From: a virus | IMG/VR virus record: IMGVR_UViG_3300042462_000689 | Reading direction: 5' to 3' (one strand) | DNA length: 64,000 nt | Shown: piece after piece, positions 63,334-64,000 of the stretch | How the letters are laid out: every line of letters begins with the position of its first letter | Position numbering within the stretch: position 1 is the first letter of the stretch | Translations under genes and position numbers: made by a program | Notes under the pieces: generated by a model | What the model saw: the letters and a program-made list of their open reading frames with translations, nothing else | What the model was told of the DNA's origin: nothing | Database searches by the model: none

Positions 63334-63458
63334 TAGTAATGGCCCCGTGAGCCGATAAAGAAACGGCAGAATTTACAACGATGCAGTCATAAAAAGAGCT
63401 GCGGTCGAATCGTTGAGTTTCCACTGTGAAAAGGAAACTGTGTAGATGAGGAATTTTC

Positions 63459-63773
63459 ATGAAATTCATCAATCTCACACCACACGCCATTCACCTGAAT
63501 GACGGCCGTGTGTTCGAACCCTCTGGCCAGGTGGCCAGGGTCGGCTCGACCTACACGCCGTTCGACGGTGACGGTGTCTGTCAGGCTGTGTTCGGAGAAG
63601 TCCAGAACCTGCCCGACAAGGTGGAAGGAACGATGCTCATCGTCTCCGGAATGGTCAGCCAAGTGGTTGACGGTTACCGGAGCGACGTAGTGTCGCCTGC
63701 CACCGGGCACCCGGACACGAAGCGTGACGAGAAGGGCCAGATCAAGTCTGTGCCCGGATTCGTCCGCGCGTGA
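63459..63773 (+). CDS. small phage protein of the 'NLTPH' type
   Basis: MKFINLTPHAI...PSG.VARV...LP....G...IVS..V...RSDV.SP.T....RDEKGQI; GAGG upstream. Confidence 0.75.
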   Translation: MKFINLTPHAIHLNDGRVFEPSGQVARVGSTYTPFDGDGVCQAVFGEVQNLPDKVEGTMLIVSGMVSQVVDGYRSDVVSPATGHPDTKRDEKGQIKSVPGFVRA

Positions 63774-64000
63774 CCGAGGCGTGTGCTGCTGCATTTGGCA
63801 AGCGGGGCTCTGGCGAGCCTGTCAACAGAATCGCCCGGCACCATACAGACGCCTCTTCGTGGCGGTGCTAGAAACCGACAATTACGTCGGGCCAAGTCTC
63901 AGGTGATGGTCAAAAGAAGTGCCTCACCGCCCTCCCCGGAATCCCGAACCGGCGGTTGTAAAGTCGTGAAAGGCGGCAAGGGGATGGTTAATGACAAAAC

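Noticed and set aside
63331-63339. Tandem TAG TAG TAA and several TAG-ending genes as a sign of amber recoding
   Set aside because: The standard code already gives dense, full-length genes, and reading through TAG usually hits another stop within a few codons.
63416-63439. AGTTTCC-N10-GGAAACT inverted repeat upstream of ORF 63459
   Set aside because: A 7-bp arm is within chance, with no second copy or clear promoter boxes seen.
1-64000. tRNA, rRNA, terminase or portal genes
   Set aside because: No cloverleaf or rRNA-like sequence in the short intergenic gaps and no Walker-type terminase motifs recognised. A portal could be hidden among the unassigned head ORFs but cannot be supported without a profile search.

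Overview
This window is a 64-kb piece of a large tailed dsDNA phage (a contractile-tailed myovirus, probably jumbo-sized), roughly 60% GC by eye, with every convincing gene on the + strand. In order it holds: the 3' end of an HD-domain gene; head-cargo-like and tail-fibre/spike genes (248-9882); a stand-alone PAS gene plus a lysis cassette with an Amidase_2 endolysin (9889-13078); more fibre genes; the C-terminal half of a split multisubunit RNA polymerase beta' subunit with a LAGLIDADG intein in the trigger loop, followed by a GIY-YIG endonuclease (15178-19385); a small accessory cluster; a long head module ending in prohead protease, scaffold-like proteins and major capsid protein (21854-38562); neck, sheath, tube, spike, chaperones, tape measure and baseplate (38568-62707), with a sigma70-family gene embedded; then small unrelated ORFs. 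The most striking undescribed-looking feature is a reusable peptide tag, (M/I)(N/S)PR(L/I)FGA(Y/M/L)(L/I), joined to K-x-A/S motifs and bracketing unrelated cargo sequences. The same K-x-A(S/A) motif is dense in head proteins and absent from the tail sheath, which suggests a capsid-targeting and proteolytic-release system. Also notable are repeated sigma70-like promoters, several with the -10 box exactly 6 nt before the start codon (leaderless), and a candidate -1 frameshift site before the tape measure gene. No database searches were run: family names come from recognised motifs and synteny, and host identity is not determined (lipobox/spanin-like genes suggest a diderm host).
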